Origin: Methanobacteriota archaeon
GTDB taxonomy: Archaea; Thermoplasmatota; Poseidoniia; Poseidoniales; Poseidoniaceae
Direction of reading: 5' to 3'
NCBI GenBank assembly: GCA_004195515.1
Contig: PSPR01000021.1
Location: 867-64,866, forward strand
DNA length: 64,000 bases
Position 1 is the first letter of the stretch, and every line of letters starts with the position of its first letter. The position numbers and the translations under genes were made by a program. Below, piece after piece: positions 32,587 through 42,570 of this stretch. The notes beneath the pieces are model-generated. The model had not been told where the DNA came from. It was given only the letters and a program-made list of their open reading frames with translations, and ran no database searches.

Positions 32587-34572
32587 TCACTGGAAAAGTC
32601 CGTTTGACCAAGCGGTAATTTTTCCGGCAAATGCGCTTGCTGCGACCGTTAATGGGCTTGCAAGATAGAGGCTCCCTGGCCCAGATCGGCCTTGAAAATT
32701 ACGATTTATTGCAGATACAGTAACTTGATTCGATTCGACAGAAACTCCAGGCCCAGCGCCTATGCAAGCACCGCAACCCGGGTTGATGACGTTGACGCCA
32801 ACCCTTTCAAATAAATCGTGCCACCCATTTGCTACAGCCAAATCTTTAACTTGGCCACTACCATATTGAATGAAAAATTTAACATTATTATCAACGCTGA
32901 GACCGGCAGCTTCTGCAGCAGCACAAACCTCTGCATAATAGGCAACATCGTCGGCTTTGCCCGCAGTACAAGACCCACCATATGCAATATCTATTTTCAC
33001 ATCACCGATGTCGGAAACATTCGCTCCATTTGTTGGGTCGGACGGAATGCCCTTGTCGGGATTTCCAGGATCTGCTACCATTGGAACGATATTACCCATG
33101 TCGATTTCGAAAACCCCGCCATCATAAACCGCGCCTTCGTCAGGAGAAACAGCCATGGATTCCATTAGGGCCCGGTCGGTATTTTGTTGGGCTTCCATCC
33201 AATCGAATAACGCATCATCCGCTTCACAAATCCCCGTTCTTCCACTACATTCGGTTGCCATATTACAAAGGGTAGCCCGTTCATCGATGGAGAGGGTAGA
33301 CAATCCAGAACCGCCAAACTCCATCGATCGGTTTAGGGTTAATTCCTTTCTAGCATGATCTGCTAAAATAAATAAGATCACATCTTTAGCAGTGCAGCCT
33401 TGGCTTAATTGGCCCACCAATTCAAACCTGATAGATTCAGGTACTTTTACGAAAGTAAATCCAGAATAAATTAAACTCGAATATTCGGTCGAGCCAACTC
33501 CGTAGGTCAGTGCATTTGATGCCCCACCCATACAGGTGTGTGAATCGGTAGCTTGGATGAAATCTCCAACCTCGATAAACTCCTCTCTTGCGACCTGGTG
33601 GCAAATCCCTGGAGAAACACCGTTTATTGCAGAATAGTCTCGTACGCCAGTGTGCTTTTGAAATTCGACCTGAAGGTCCCTTAGTTTTTGCACTTTAGAC
33701 ATATGTTTTACAAATTTTGGATTGTGATGTGCATAGAGCAAATGATCTTCGAAAACCGCAAATTTAGCAGGGTTTGGTAAAGAATAATCATCGCCGTATT
33801 CCTTAGCCAAAAAAGTATGAACTTGAGCGGTGGTAAATTCGTGACTATAACCGCCTTGAACTTGGGCGATGACAGGGTCGTGTGGTTTTACACATTGGCC
33901 TTCAGGCTGGCCAACCAAATTACGGGCGATAATTTTTTCAGCCATCGTCATCGGCCCATTGGGCGTGTTTAATGAGGGAAGATTTAGTGTTCCGGATTTT
34001 AATTGAGATGCAAAATTGAATAATCCTCCATTTTCAATAATTAATTTTGTAACCGGGTCATATCGAGAAGTGAATTCATCTAGGGGTATGGATTCCCCTG
34101 CTTGTAATCGTTGAAGCATGGCGTGATCCCCCATCAATTGGCCGAGATTGATATTGTTCCTTTCGTGAATTGGTGCGAACGACGAAGCGATCACAATTCT
34201 AATTCCAGCCCATCTCTCACATTGAGCAGCGGTCTCTCTTGAAGAGCCAGTGCCTTTTCTCTGGCCGGAGACAATAATTTCGAAACCACCGTTGATCAAG
34301 GCCTTTTCACTAAAAACTCTGATTCCATCTAACATCAGACCAGCGTAAGCATTTTTGGCAATTTCAGCGGGTTCGTGGTCAAAACAAACCCACGCCGGAG
34401 TCATCGCATCCGTATTGATATCGTCGAGTAAATCATCGCAGGATAAATCGGACATTTTTAGGTCCAAACCATCATATAATTGTCTCTTTATCAACCCTAA
34501 ATCCTTGGTGAGAAATAAGACTCTTTTTCCGGGGCTCAGGCTGACGTTTTTGGGGGGCAAAATCACCGTCAT
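32587..34572 (-). CDS. Aconitase-superfamily hydro-lyase with permuted domain order (swivel/LeuD-like domain N-terminal to the Fe-S catalytic domains)
   Basis: N-terminal 'GQRKGTGSSRETAAQ...FAPIHERNNINLG' (small-subunit/domain-4 motifs). It is followed by 'DSHTCMGG', 'GGSCTAGK' and 'NPGCGACIG' (cluster-ligand motifs). Confidence 0.8.
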   Translation of the reverse strand: MTVILPPKNVSLSPGKRVLFLTKDLGLIKRQLYDGLDLKMSDLSCDDLLDDINTDAMTPAWVCFDHEPAEIAKNAYAGLMLDGIRVFSEKALINGGFEIIVSGQRKGTGSSRETAAQCERWAGIRIVIASSFAPIHERNNINLGQLMGDHAMLQRLQAGESIPLDEFTSRYDPVTKLIIENGGLFNFASQLKSGTLNLPSLNTPNGPMTMAEKIIARNLVGQPEGQCVKPHDPVIAQVQGGYSHEFTTAQVHTFLAKEYGDDYSLPNPAKFAVFEDHLLYAHHNPKFVKHMSKVQKLRDLQVEFQKHTGVRDYSAINGVSPGICHQVAREEFIEVGDFIQATDSHTCMGGASNALTYGVGSTEYSSLIYSGFTFVKVPESIRFELVGQLSQGCTAKDVILFILADHARKELTLNRSMEFGGSGLSTLSIDERATLCNMATECSGRTGICEADDALFDWMEAQQNTDRALMESMAVSPDEGAVYDGGVFEIDMGNIVPMVADPGNPDKGIPSDPTNGANVSDIGDVKIDIAYGGSCTAGKADDVAYYAEVCAAAEAAGLSVDNNVKFFIQYGSGQVKDLAVANGWHDLFERVGVNVINPGCGACIGAGPGVSVESNQVTVSAINRNFQGRSGPGSLYLASPLTVAASAFAGKITAWSNGLFQ

Positions 34573-34746
34573 ACCTGTGTCCTCAACCCCTTTGAGGAGC
34601 CGAGGAGGTATAACGGGTTCGGAAACAAGCGAACACCTACCTTCGGCGATTCATATGATTCATACTTAGTCCTTTTGGCAAAGGAATCTATTCGCTGTAC
34701 TGCGCTAACATTATTAGTCAAAGATATTAACCGTGTCGGCGAACGG

Positions 34747-34754
34747 TATAAATA
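34747..34754 (+). promoter_or_regulatory. TATA-box-like element (TATAAATA) upstream of tfb
   Basis: It lies 73-80 nt upstream of the ATG at 34827. GGAGGG SD is at about 34815. No transcript data. Confidence 0.3.
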
Positions 34755-34826
34755 CCCCCTGTTTTCAGGTAAGCCCATAGATTCCAGAGAAGCCTTTGGG
34801 CGAGGGAATCGATTGGAGGGATTAAA

Positions 34827-35756
34827 ATGGACAATAACCAACAAGTTGAGGATATAGTAAAATGTAGTGATTGCGGCTCTCGAGCACTCACTCGTGACGA
34901 GACCCGTGGTGAAGTCGTCTGCGACGACTGTGGGCTTGTCTTAGAGGACAACGTAATCGATCAAGGAGCGGAATGGCGAGTTTTCTCCCCAGAACAAGGC
35001 GATCAAAGAGCTCGAACCGGAGCACCGATGACAGTTATGCTCCACGACAAAGGATTGTCAACCGATATCGATTGGCAAAACAAAGACTATTCTGGAAAGA
35101 CCATCAACTCCCGTTACCGTTCTCAGTTTTACCGCATGAGAAAGTGGCAGAAGCGATCTCGTGTCTCAAATGCTACAGAGAGAAATCTTGCAATGGCATT
35201 AGCGGAATTGGATAGAATGGCAAGCCGTCTTGAATTACCAAAATCCGTACGTGAAGCAGCAGCTGTTAACTACAAAAAAGCGGTCGAAAAGCGATTGATT
35301 CGTGGCCGTTCTATCGAAGGGGTTGCAGCAGCATCACTCTATGCGGCTTGCCGCCAATGCGGAGTTCCAAGAACTCTTGACGAAATCGGCCAGGCTAGTA
35401 GAACCGGAAGAAAAGAGATCGGCCGAACCTACCGCTTCATGGTTAGAGAATTAAAGATGAAGATCATGCCTACAGGGCCAGAAGACTATATCTCAAGATT
35501 CTGTTCCGGACTTGGCCTAGATGCAGAAGTTGAAGCAAAAGCTCACGAACTCATCAAGGCAGCTCAAGAGAAGGAACTTACCAGCGGGCGAGGCCCAACA
35601 GGAATCGCAGCATCGATTATCTACATCGCAAGCGTACTATGTGGTAAGCGTAGAACCCAACGTGAAGTTGCTGAAGTTGCAGGTGTAACCGAAGTTACAA
35701 TCCGAAACCGATACAAAGAACTCATCCTAAATCTAAACATCGAGTTAGATATTTGA
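34827..35756 (+). CDS. tfb: Transcription initiation factor IIB (TFB)
   Basis: N-terminal zinc ribbon 'CSDCGS...CDDCG'. Two cyclin-fold repeats ('[17 protein letters not shown]', '[15 protein letters not shown]'). Confidence 0.93.
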   Translation: MDNNQQVEDIVKCSDCGSRALTRDETRGEVVCDDCGLVLEDNVIDQGAEWRVFSPEQGDQRARTGAPMTVMLHDKGLSTDIDWQNKDYSGKTINSRYRSQFYRMRKWQKRSRVSNATERNLAMALAELDRMASRLELPKSVREAAAVNYKKAVEKRLIRGRSIEGVAAASLYAACRQCGVPRTLDEIGQASRTGRKEIGRTYRFMVRELKMKIMPTGPEDYISRFCSGLGLDAEVEAKAHELIKAAQEKELTSGRGPTGIAASIIYIASVLCGKRRTQREVAEVAGVTEVTIRNRYKELILNLNIELDI

Positions 35757-35765
35757 GGATTTTCA

Positions 35766-36089
35766 ATGATTTTAGACCAGCGGGCGATTTCGCTCGCGGA
35801 CTTAGGGTTGGCTGTTGATATCCTAAGTGATGTTAAAGCCAAAAAAATGTTTGGAGCTAACGCCTTTGCTCATCAAAATAAAGTATTTTGTATGGTCGCA
35901 AAAACCGGTGAAATGGTTTTCAAATTCGATGTTCAAGAAGTGTATGATAGAATGGTAACAGATTTTGAGGCGAAACCATGGAGCCCTACAAAACGCTCAT
36001 TTGGCAATTGGCTAGAATTGCCTAAAACCTATTGCGATGATCAAGATATAATTCTAGAATGGGCAGCCCTTGCCCATGGATCGATTTGA
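35766..36089 (+). CDS. TfoX N-terminal-domain protein
   Basis: 'KKMFGANAFAHQNKVFCMVAKTGEMVFKFD' matches the TfoX/Sxy N-domain pattern. It starts 10 nt after the tfb stop. Confidence 0.55.
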   Translation: MILDQRAISLADLGLAVDILSDVKAKKMFGANAFAHQNKVFCMVAKTGEMVFKFDVQEVYDRMVTDFEAKPWSPTKRSFGNWLELPKTYCDDQDIILEWAALAHGSI

Positions 36090-36104
36090 AATGGAGGCGA
36101 AAAT

Positions 36105-37574
36105 ATGTCAAAGAGCAGAAGTAAAGTTTCCGATCAAGTGATGGAATCTCTAGCGACAGCCTTAGTAAAAGCGATGGAAAAAGGCTGTTTGGCTTGGCCA
36201 TTACCCCAACCTCCGGTCTTTGATGCCGACTTCCCCCCTATCCATCCAAAAGATTCGAGGGAATTGCCTGAGATTGCTTTGGCTTTGTTGAGGGCAGACC
36301 GGGGGATGTTCGATAGTCATCTGGCTATCACGGTTGATTTGATTGTACCTCACCGGATGAATTTAACCGATGATCCATTTGAGGTTCATGAAAGATGGTT
36401 ATTACGTCGCTTGAGTATTTTAACCGAGCGCCTTTTATTTTCAATAGCGACAGAATGGCTCGCCCACGCACTCGATAATGAGTGTCCAAATTCAGATAAA
36501 TGGTGGCTAGCCATTTCCTTATTGAATGGTTTGAGCGACAAACCCCACGGCCAACCGGTCCACCAAGGTTACCATTTGGTCGAATCGATCGCTCTCGGAG
36601 AAAGACCAGGAACTTGGCATACCCAACCAGAGGTCACCAATGCAAACATGGATTGGAATCCGCATGGCATGGTGCCAAGAACCACTTCAGTCACCGCGCA
36701 TGAAGGTGGAAGCGAAGCCGCGATTTGGATGTTAACACAACTTGAACAAGGTGATGAAAACAGAAGACTTCTGTTGATTGAATGGTGCAGATTATTACTC
36801 GAAAGAAAAGAATTACTCCCTGCTCTTGGAATCGCAAACATTCTCAAACGCAGATCAGCAGACCCTTCAGCAGAGGTCGCGAGCCGGGTGGTCGGTTGTT
36901 TGGCACGATTGATCGAAGGCGATAGAGAGAAGGGTTTAGGATGCGTTGAGATTTTATCAAAGCGAAAAGACATTCAGGTTCGGCGAAATATGGCCGATGT
37001 TCTAACTCGATTATTTCGCCGTATCGGCGAGGACGCAGTCGATTTACTCAATATAATGCTAGCCGACGAAGACGAAAGCGTCCTCGCAGCAGCTAGTGCA
37101 ACGGTTGGAGATTTGCGTTTTTTGGACGAATCGATGTGGGCGGATAAAATTCTTGAATTATGCAACCATCCAAATCGAATCGTAAAACGAAATTTAGTGT
37201 ATACTTTACGCGATTACCTTAGTGCATTTCCCGCCGACCAGCGAAAGATTATTCCAACTTTATGGGCAGTAGGCGATGAGGTGCTTCTCACTAGACTGCG
37301 GGAACTTTTGATCCGGATGGAAGAGGTCGACCATGACCGATTCGCTTCAACTTTGATCGCACTAAAAGACCTTGATCTAGATAATCTGTGGGCGCCGATG
37401 TTGATTAGAAACGAAGAGCGAACCCAGGAATGGAAAGATTGGCTTTACAAAAACGAAGACCAACCGGTCGCAAGGGAGCAATCCACAATACACATTTCGG
37501 ATAAAACCGAAACCGAAATTCCAGATTTGGCAGATGCACTCGATACATTGGGCGATATGGGCTTCCTCGATTGA
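36105..37574 (+). CDS. Hypothetical HEAT/ARM-like repeat protein
   Basis: Predicted all-helical, with repeated '..V(R/K)RN(M/L)...L..' units in the C-terminal half. No catalytic motif. Confidence 0.45.
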   Translation: MSKSRSKVSDQVMESLATALVKAMEKGCLAWPLPQPPVFDADFPPIHPKDSRELPEIALALLRADRGMFDSHLAITVDLIVPHRMNLTDDPFEVHERWLLRRLSILTERLLFSIATEWLAHALDNECPNSDKWWLAISLLNGLSDKPHGQPVHQGYHLVESIALGERPGTWHTQPEVTNANMDWNPHGMVPRTTSVTAHEGGSEAAIWMLTQLEQGDENRRLLLIEWCRLLLERKELLPALGIANILKRRSADPSAEVASRVVGCLARLIEGDREKGLGCVEILSKRKDIQVRRNMADVLTRLFRRIGEDAVDLLNIMLADEDESVLAAASATVGDLRFLDESMWADKILELCNHPNRIVKRNLVYTLRDYLSAFPADQRKIIPTLWAVGDEVLLTRLRELLIRMEEVDHDRFASTLIALKDLDLDNLWAPMLIRNEERTQEWKDWLYKNEDQPVAREQSTIHISDKTETEIPDLADALDTLGDMGFLD

Positions 37575-37612
37575 CCGTCATCATAATTTGTGTGGAGCCA
37601 TGTGGCATAACT

Positions 37613-39460
37613 ATGCGCAGCAATCTTATCTTGGCCCTTCTCGTTTTGTTGAGTGGTTTTTCTGCATTAGCAAGCGCAGATTTTCAAACAAGCCCGGTTT
37701 CGACATTTACCGCAACATTTGACACCGAATCGGAAGAAACACTAATTTCAATTCAAGTCATAACCACCAATGATGCCGATTTGTTAGATTCGCTTAAACA
37801 AGCGAAATGGAACCTAACTCGAAATGGTGCGATCGTTCTTTCTGAGATTTCGCTATGCTCGGTTGAAATGTTAAATTCAGAATGTTCAAGTCGCTGGGTC
37901 AATCTATCGATCACTCCACCACCGGGTGTCGATGAAAGCGCGGTTTACGAATTGAACGGGGAAATATTTGCAGGTTCCGATTCAACGACGGAAACCACCT
38001 CTGAAATATATGCGGTAGAAAATTTACAAGCCGTTTATTTAAATGATATAACAACCATTTCTTGGGATTATCCCCTGGGAATTCCAATGAACCATAGTCT
38101 GGCAATATATCGCCATAATGAGGCAGCAACCGGTGATAATTGGGGGTCTTTGACCAAGGAACTTCTTCAATTAGGGCTTAGTGCAGGATCGACTAATTTT
38201 ACCATTGATTATAGTGAAGAAGACGTAGAGACCCTCTATTATTATTCGGTTACCATAGTCTATGCTACTTCCGAGGATACGAGGTTCTTAGGCTCAAACA
38301 CATTGAGTGAGCCATTGGTTGAAGACAACACCGCCCCGATTTTTATTGGAGAATTGAGTGCAACATTTAACTCAACTACAGACACAACACTTCTAGATTG
38401 GGGCGAGGGGGTCGACGAAGCAGGTTTGGTAATCAATATTTATCGCTCATCGATGGAAATGGAACTATTGTATGAATTTGACCAGGTTGCAACAGTAGAA
38501 GCTAGCCACTCAAACCATGAATTGATGATACCTTTCTCAGAACATAGACAATCTTGGTACGCAATAACCTTGGAGGACCAAATAGGAAATGAGGTATTAT
38601 TGTTGAGTGAATCTTCACCGAGCACCGGTCCAATAATAGAGACCACTATTGACTCATCTACAATTACAGATTTAGCCGCCGAACGATTACAAAATGGAGA
38701 CATCTCTCTAACGTGGTCTGACTCGACCGGAAATTCAGATTCGATTGCAAGAGTTTGGCGTTCGATTTCAGGACCTATCGAGGGTTTTGATGACGTTGAA
38801 GAATTACCTCCTACAAACGTTGGTGCGATCGCTTATACCCACGACCCATTGGATTCGGTTCAATCGGCATGGTATGCCATTACAATCGAAGGCGCTTGGG
38901 GCTCGCAACAAATTCCTTGGCATGATGAAACATTGATTCCAGACGTAAATTCATTATCGGCTCCGGTCGATGAGACAGAGGAAGTTATAGTTGAGACAGA
39001 AGCAAATTTTACTGTAAAAATTCAAGCTGAGGGCGGGCAGGTATGGAATATCAACGATGGCTCAAAGAGAATTCTAGGGGTTCTAGAACCCGGCAATATC
39101 GTATGGATTTGGACAACTCCTGAAGTCCATTCAATAACCTACGGCCAAGAAAACCAAACCATCGGCTCACCGATTGGTCAAAACGGCTCATTCGCACTCA
39201 AAGTAATTCAAACAGATAATTATTGGATTTTGGTTCAACAAGGAGATCAGGATATTTTCTTTGAAGTATCTTGGACGGTCATCGAGGCGACTGAAGAACC
39301 ACAAATCGATGACCCAGAGCCGAAGACTACGGTTGAAGGACATGAGCCGGCTCAAGAAAGAACGATCGCTGTTTACATCATTGGAACCTTGATGATAATT
39401 CTATTCGGTTTCCTAATCGTGATGTTAAAACAACCTGAATACTTAGAGGAAGAGGAGTGA
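37613..39460 (+). CDS. Secreted surface protein with FN3-like repeats and a C-terminal TM anchor plus acidic tail
   Basis: The ATG at 37613 gives the signal peptide 'MRSNLILALLVLLSGFSALASA'. Recurrent 'W(S/D)...WYAIT(L/I)E' modules. C-terminus 'IIGTLMIILFGFLIVML..EEEE'. Confidence 0.6.
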   Translation: MRSNLILALLVLLSGFSALASADFQTSPVSTFTATFDTESEETLISIQVITTNDADLLDSLKQAKWNLTRNGAIVLSEISLCSVEMLNSECSSRWVNLSITPPPGVDESAVYELNGEIFAGSDSTTETTSEIYAVENLQAVYLNDITTISWDYPLGIPMNHSLAIYRHNEAATGDNWGSLTKELLQLGLSAGSTNFTIDYSEEDVETLYYYSVTIVYATSEDTRFLGSNTLSEPLVEDNTAPIFIGELSATFNSTTDTTLLDWGEGVDEAGLVINIYRSSMEMELLYEFDQVATVEASHSNHELMIPFSEHRQSWYAITLEDQIGNEVLLLSESSPSTGPIIETTIDSSTITDLAAERLQNGDISLTWSDSTGNSDSIARVWRSISGPIEGFDDVEELPPTNVGAIAYTHDPLDSVQSAWYAITIEGAWGSQQIPWHDETLIPDVNSLSAPVDETEEVIVETEANFTVKIQAEGGQVWNINDGSKRILGVLEPGNIVWIWTTPEVHSITYGQENQTIGSPIGQNGSFALKVIQTDNYWILVQQGDQDIFFEVSWTVIEATEEPQIDDPEPKTTVEGHEPAQERTIAVYIIGTLMIILFGFLIVMLKQPEYLEEEE

Positions 39461-39862
39461 TTATTCTTCTTCATCAACACCTAATGGTCCCGCAGCAACC
39501 ATCCAAACATAGAACCCATTAGTGAATATCAACATGCCGATCACCGATAAGACCAAACCCGTGGGTTCTGGAGCAAATGGAGTTCTTCCAAGAATATAGG
39601 CGGACAAAAGAATCGCAGCCCCTCCTAGCATGACATACTTTGAAGTTTGTCGAGGATTCGACCAACGGTCGATGGTTGGAACCAATCCTTCACCAAATGT
39701 AATTCTAAACCATTCTAGGTAGATTAATGCAAGTCCAAACAAGCCAAGAGCACCGGAAGTAAATGTCGAATCATTCCACGGCCCCGCCGGTGCTAAATCG
39801 GTAAATGTAGAGCCAACAAAAACAACTCCGAGAAAGCCGCGCCAGCTATATTTTGCCCCCAT
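39461..39862 (-). CDS. Small 4-TM membrane protein
   Basis: 133 aa, hydrophobic, ending in 'GVDEEE'. No family recognised. Confidence 0.5.
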   Translation of the reverse strand: MGAKYSWRGFLGVVFVGSTFTDLAPAGPWNDSTFTSGALGLFGLALIYLEWFRITFGEGLVPTIDRWSNPRQTSKYVMLGGAAILLSAYILGRTPFAPEPTGLVLSVIGMLIFTNGFYVWMVAAGPLGVDEEE

Positions 39863-39915
39863 ATCTTACCCGACAGCCGATTTGCTTGAAAGCATAGAGG
39901 CTTCTGAACCCTCTG

Positions 39916-40773
39916 ATGGCAGTAGTTGAGGACGCGGTTATTGTGGCTGGCGGCATTGGTACGAGAATGCTTCCGGCGAGTGCAGCGGTAGCAAAAGAAG
40001 CCCTTCCTTTGGTCGATATCCCCGCGCTTACCCACCTGGCTAGAGAGGCGATAAATGCAGGAGTGAAGCGAATCCACATCATCACCTCGCCACGCAAGGA
40101 TTTCTCAAATTTGGTCGCTGATAATTCATGGCTCATCCCAAAAGCCAAAGCAATAGATCCAAAACTCCTTTCTCCATTTGAAGAGGCCGAAGTGTTGATT
40201 CATGTTCAAGAGATTCCCAGGGGTTTTGGAGACGCTCTCTATTGTGCATTACATGCTATCAGCGGTCCATTTTTAGTGCTTCTAGGTGATAATTTATTAA
40301 TGGATCAACATGGCGATTCACATAATTATTCTGCTTCAAATGCTAGTAAAACCTTAGTGGAAGTATTCAGCCGAACCGGTTTACCTTGTGTTGGCTTATG
40401 TTCGGTCGAAGATCCAGAAAATTACGGTGTTGTTACCATGGATGGTGAAAAAATCCTCAATATCATTGAAAAACCACCCCGCCAAGATGCCCCTTCAAAT
40501 TTGGTATTATGTGGCCGCTATCTCTTCACACCCGATACTGCAAGCCTTTTGGAAAAGTACGATTTTGAAAACCACGGTGAATTGCAATCGATCGCGCTAC
40601 AATCTCATTGGATGAATAATGATGGATTGATTGGGGTTGAGTTGAATGGTTATCAGTGGTATGATTCCGGGGCGCCATTGCCGTGGTTAAAGAGCCAAAT
40701 CGACCACGCGCTCAGGCGTGAAGATATGTCGACAGAATTGCGAAACTGGTTGAATGAAAGACTTCAACGTTGA
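39916..40773 (+). CDS. Sugar-1-phosphate nucleotidylyltransferase (UTP--glucose-1-phosphate uridylyltransferase-like)
   Basis: 'AVIVAGGIGTRMLPASAAVAKEALPLVD' is the GalU-type N-terminal motif. Confidence 0.72.
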   Translation: MAVVEDAVIVAGGIGTRMLPASAAVAKEALPLVDIPALTHLAREAINAGVKRIHIITSPRKDFSNLVADNSWLIPKAKAIDPKLLSPFEEAEVLIHVQEIPRGFGDALYCALHAISGPFLVLLGDNLLMDQHGDSHNYSASNASKTLVEVFSRTGLPCVGLCSVEDPENYGVVTMDGEKILNIIEKPPRQDAPSNLVLCGRYLFTPDTASLLEKYDFENHGELQSIALQSHWMNNDGLIGVELNGYQWYDSGAPLPWLKSQIDHALRREDMSTELRNWLNERLQR

Positions 40774-41294
40774 CCTGGTTTCCAAAACGAAAGTCCGAGA
40801 GGAACCTCATCGTTTGCAGCCCTGATCGCAAGATGGTCCGCCCGTTCATTCCAGCGATGACCTCGGTGGGCCCTGACATGTTGCCAACTTATTTTCCGAA
40901 GACCCGAAACCTCGCTCCAGAGCCCTTGAACATGTTTGACCAAGGATTTGTTAGCTTTTGTCTTCCAAACCCCAGTGGTTTGATTACCAGCATATTGAGA
41001 ATCGGTTTTTATGATGACTTCACTATCATTACCTTCGACTAAAACCCATCTTAAGGCTTGAGCTATCGCGGTTAATTCAGCGGTATTATTGGAGCCGACT
41101 TCAGCACCAATAAATTCATCTGAGTCCGGATTTGTGATAACCCTGCCAGAAAATTCGTGAACGATTTCCCCATTACCTCGACCCAAGTCATTGGATCCAG
41201 AGATAATTACCACACCCCAGCCCGCAGGGGTTTCATCATCGACGTTCTGATTGCCTAAGCAAGACCCGTCAACATAGATGTGTAACAAGGACAT
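40764..41294 (-). CDS. rnhA: Ribonuclease H, type 1
   Basis: DEDD residues in 'VDGSCLGN', 'NNTAELTA', 'KTDSQY' and 'HRGHRWNERADHLA'. Confidence 0.85.
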   Translation of the reverse strand: MSLLHIYVDGSCLGNQNVDDETPAGWGVVIISGSNDLGRGNGEIVHEFSGRVITNPDSDEFIGAEVGSNNTAELTAIAQALRWVLVEGNDSEVIIKTDSQYAGNQTTGVWKTKANKSLVKHVQGLWSEVSGLRKISWQHVRAHRGHRWNERADHLAIRAANDEVPLGLSFWKPGQR

Positions 41295-41296
41295 AT

Positions 41297-41680
41297 TTAC
41301 TCGCCGATTTCAGATTTATAATCAGCCGGTGACATCATGTCGGACACAGCATCCGGGTTTTCCAAACGCATTTTGAGAATCCATCCCCTTCCATACGGGT
41401 CTTGGTTCATCAATTCCGGCTCATCTTCGAGATCTTCATTGACCTCGGTAATTTCTCCAGCCAAAGGAGCAAAAATTGGTGAAGCCGATTTAACCGACTC
41501 TACGATTGCGATTTCACCCATGTCTGGATGAGACTCTCCAGCTTCTGGTAATTCGATATAGACGATGTCGGTCAAAGCGTTTTGCGCGTGGTCGGTAATA
41601 CCTATCATGACCTCATCCCCTTCGATTTTCATCCATTCATGCTCTTTGGTATAGTACAAACCATCTGGAATTTCGCTCAT
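41297..41680 (-). CDS. gcvH: Glycine cleavage system protein H
   Basis: 'YTKEHEW' and the lipoyl-lysine motif 'VESVKSASPIFAPLAGEI'. Confidence 0.88.
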   Translation of the reverse strand: MSEIPDGLYYTKEHEWMKIEGDEVMIGITDHAQNALTDIVYIELPEAGESHPDMGEIAIVESVKSASPIFAPLAGEITEVNEDLEDEPELMNQDPYGRGWILKMRLENPDAVSDMMSPADYKSEIGE

Positions 41681-41733
41681 TGAACAACCTCCTCGATATT
41701 CCTGTGGCGGAGGTTAAACCAATCAAACCTTTC

Positions 41734-42234
41734 TCATAAACGGGTTTGACAATTCGGACAAAGAACCCAGTCGTTTTCCACTTGATGATTGCACGTCGAG
41801 CAGTTTTTGGATTGGTTATCTGAGATGAGGACAGAATCGTGCATTATTGTATCGCCAACATTTCCAATATTGACAATGGGTTGGGTCTTTTCAAGAAATT
41901 GTTGGCGGACCCGTCCTGCTTGGTCGAATGCTCCGGCTTCCTGATAGGCCTTTGCAGCCCCTTCAAAATCCCGAGCCCGCTCAAGGTTTTGTGCTTGTGA
42001 AAGTATATTGGTTTCAGAGGGTTGTTGAATTTGAACCGGTTGTCGAATAGGCTGAGCCAGTTGTTGAACCGGAACGTACACCGGTTGAGGATTTTGAATT
42101 ATCACTATTTTTTTCTTTTTCTTAGTGCTGAAGAATACGATGATTCCAATCAACAATAAACAACAAAATAATGAATATAATTCTGCCAAAAAATCACTCC
42201 TGCTCCAATTCATTAGAAAGCATCGATTCTTCAA
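41734..42234 (-). CDS. Membrane-anchored protein with a C-terminal zinc ribbon
   Basis: N-terminal TM helix, poly-K stretch and C-terminal 'CSTCNHQ...CPNCQ'. Confidence 0.45.
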   Translation of the reverse strand: MKNRCFLMNWSRSDFLAELYSLFCCLLLIGIIVFFSTKKKKKIVIIQNPQPVYVPVQQLAQPIRQPVQIQQPSETNILSQAQNLERARDFEGAAKAYQEAGAFDQAGRVRQQFLEKTQPIVNIGNVGDTIMHDSVLISDNQSKNCSTCNHQVENDWVLCPNCQTRL

Positions 42235-42526
42235 GATTAGCCCATGCGTCGGTAATGTGCAGGTCTTTTTGTTGAATCATCAAATCAGATTCAACTCTAG
42301 ATACCATTTCTTTTCTCGATTCGTCAGGGAAATATTTGGACAATTTTCCGCCCTTTTCGAGTGAACTAGCCAAATAAACCGATAAAATAGCCAAGGCTGG
42401 AATAATCAAAGACGGTCCCAATTCTGTTAATGATAACATGCCAGACATCAAGCCTAAACCACTTGCAAGAACCAAGCCCAAACCAGTCCCTCGAAGGATG
42501 CGCTTGGCAGAAGCAGCCGGGCTCAT
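42194..42526 (-). CDS. Small hypothetical membrane protein
   Basis: 110 aa with two TM helices. It overlaps the downstream ORF by 41 nt. Confidence 0.4.
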   Translation of the reverse strand: MSPAASAKRILRGTGLGLVLASGLGLMSGMLSLTELGPSLIIPALAILSVYLASSLEKGGKLSKYFPDESRKEMVSRVESDLMIQQKDLHITDAWANLEESMLSNELEQE

Positions 42527-42570
42527 GACCTGCCGATTACCTCAAAGGGGATGAACCCAGCGCCTACCAA

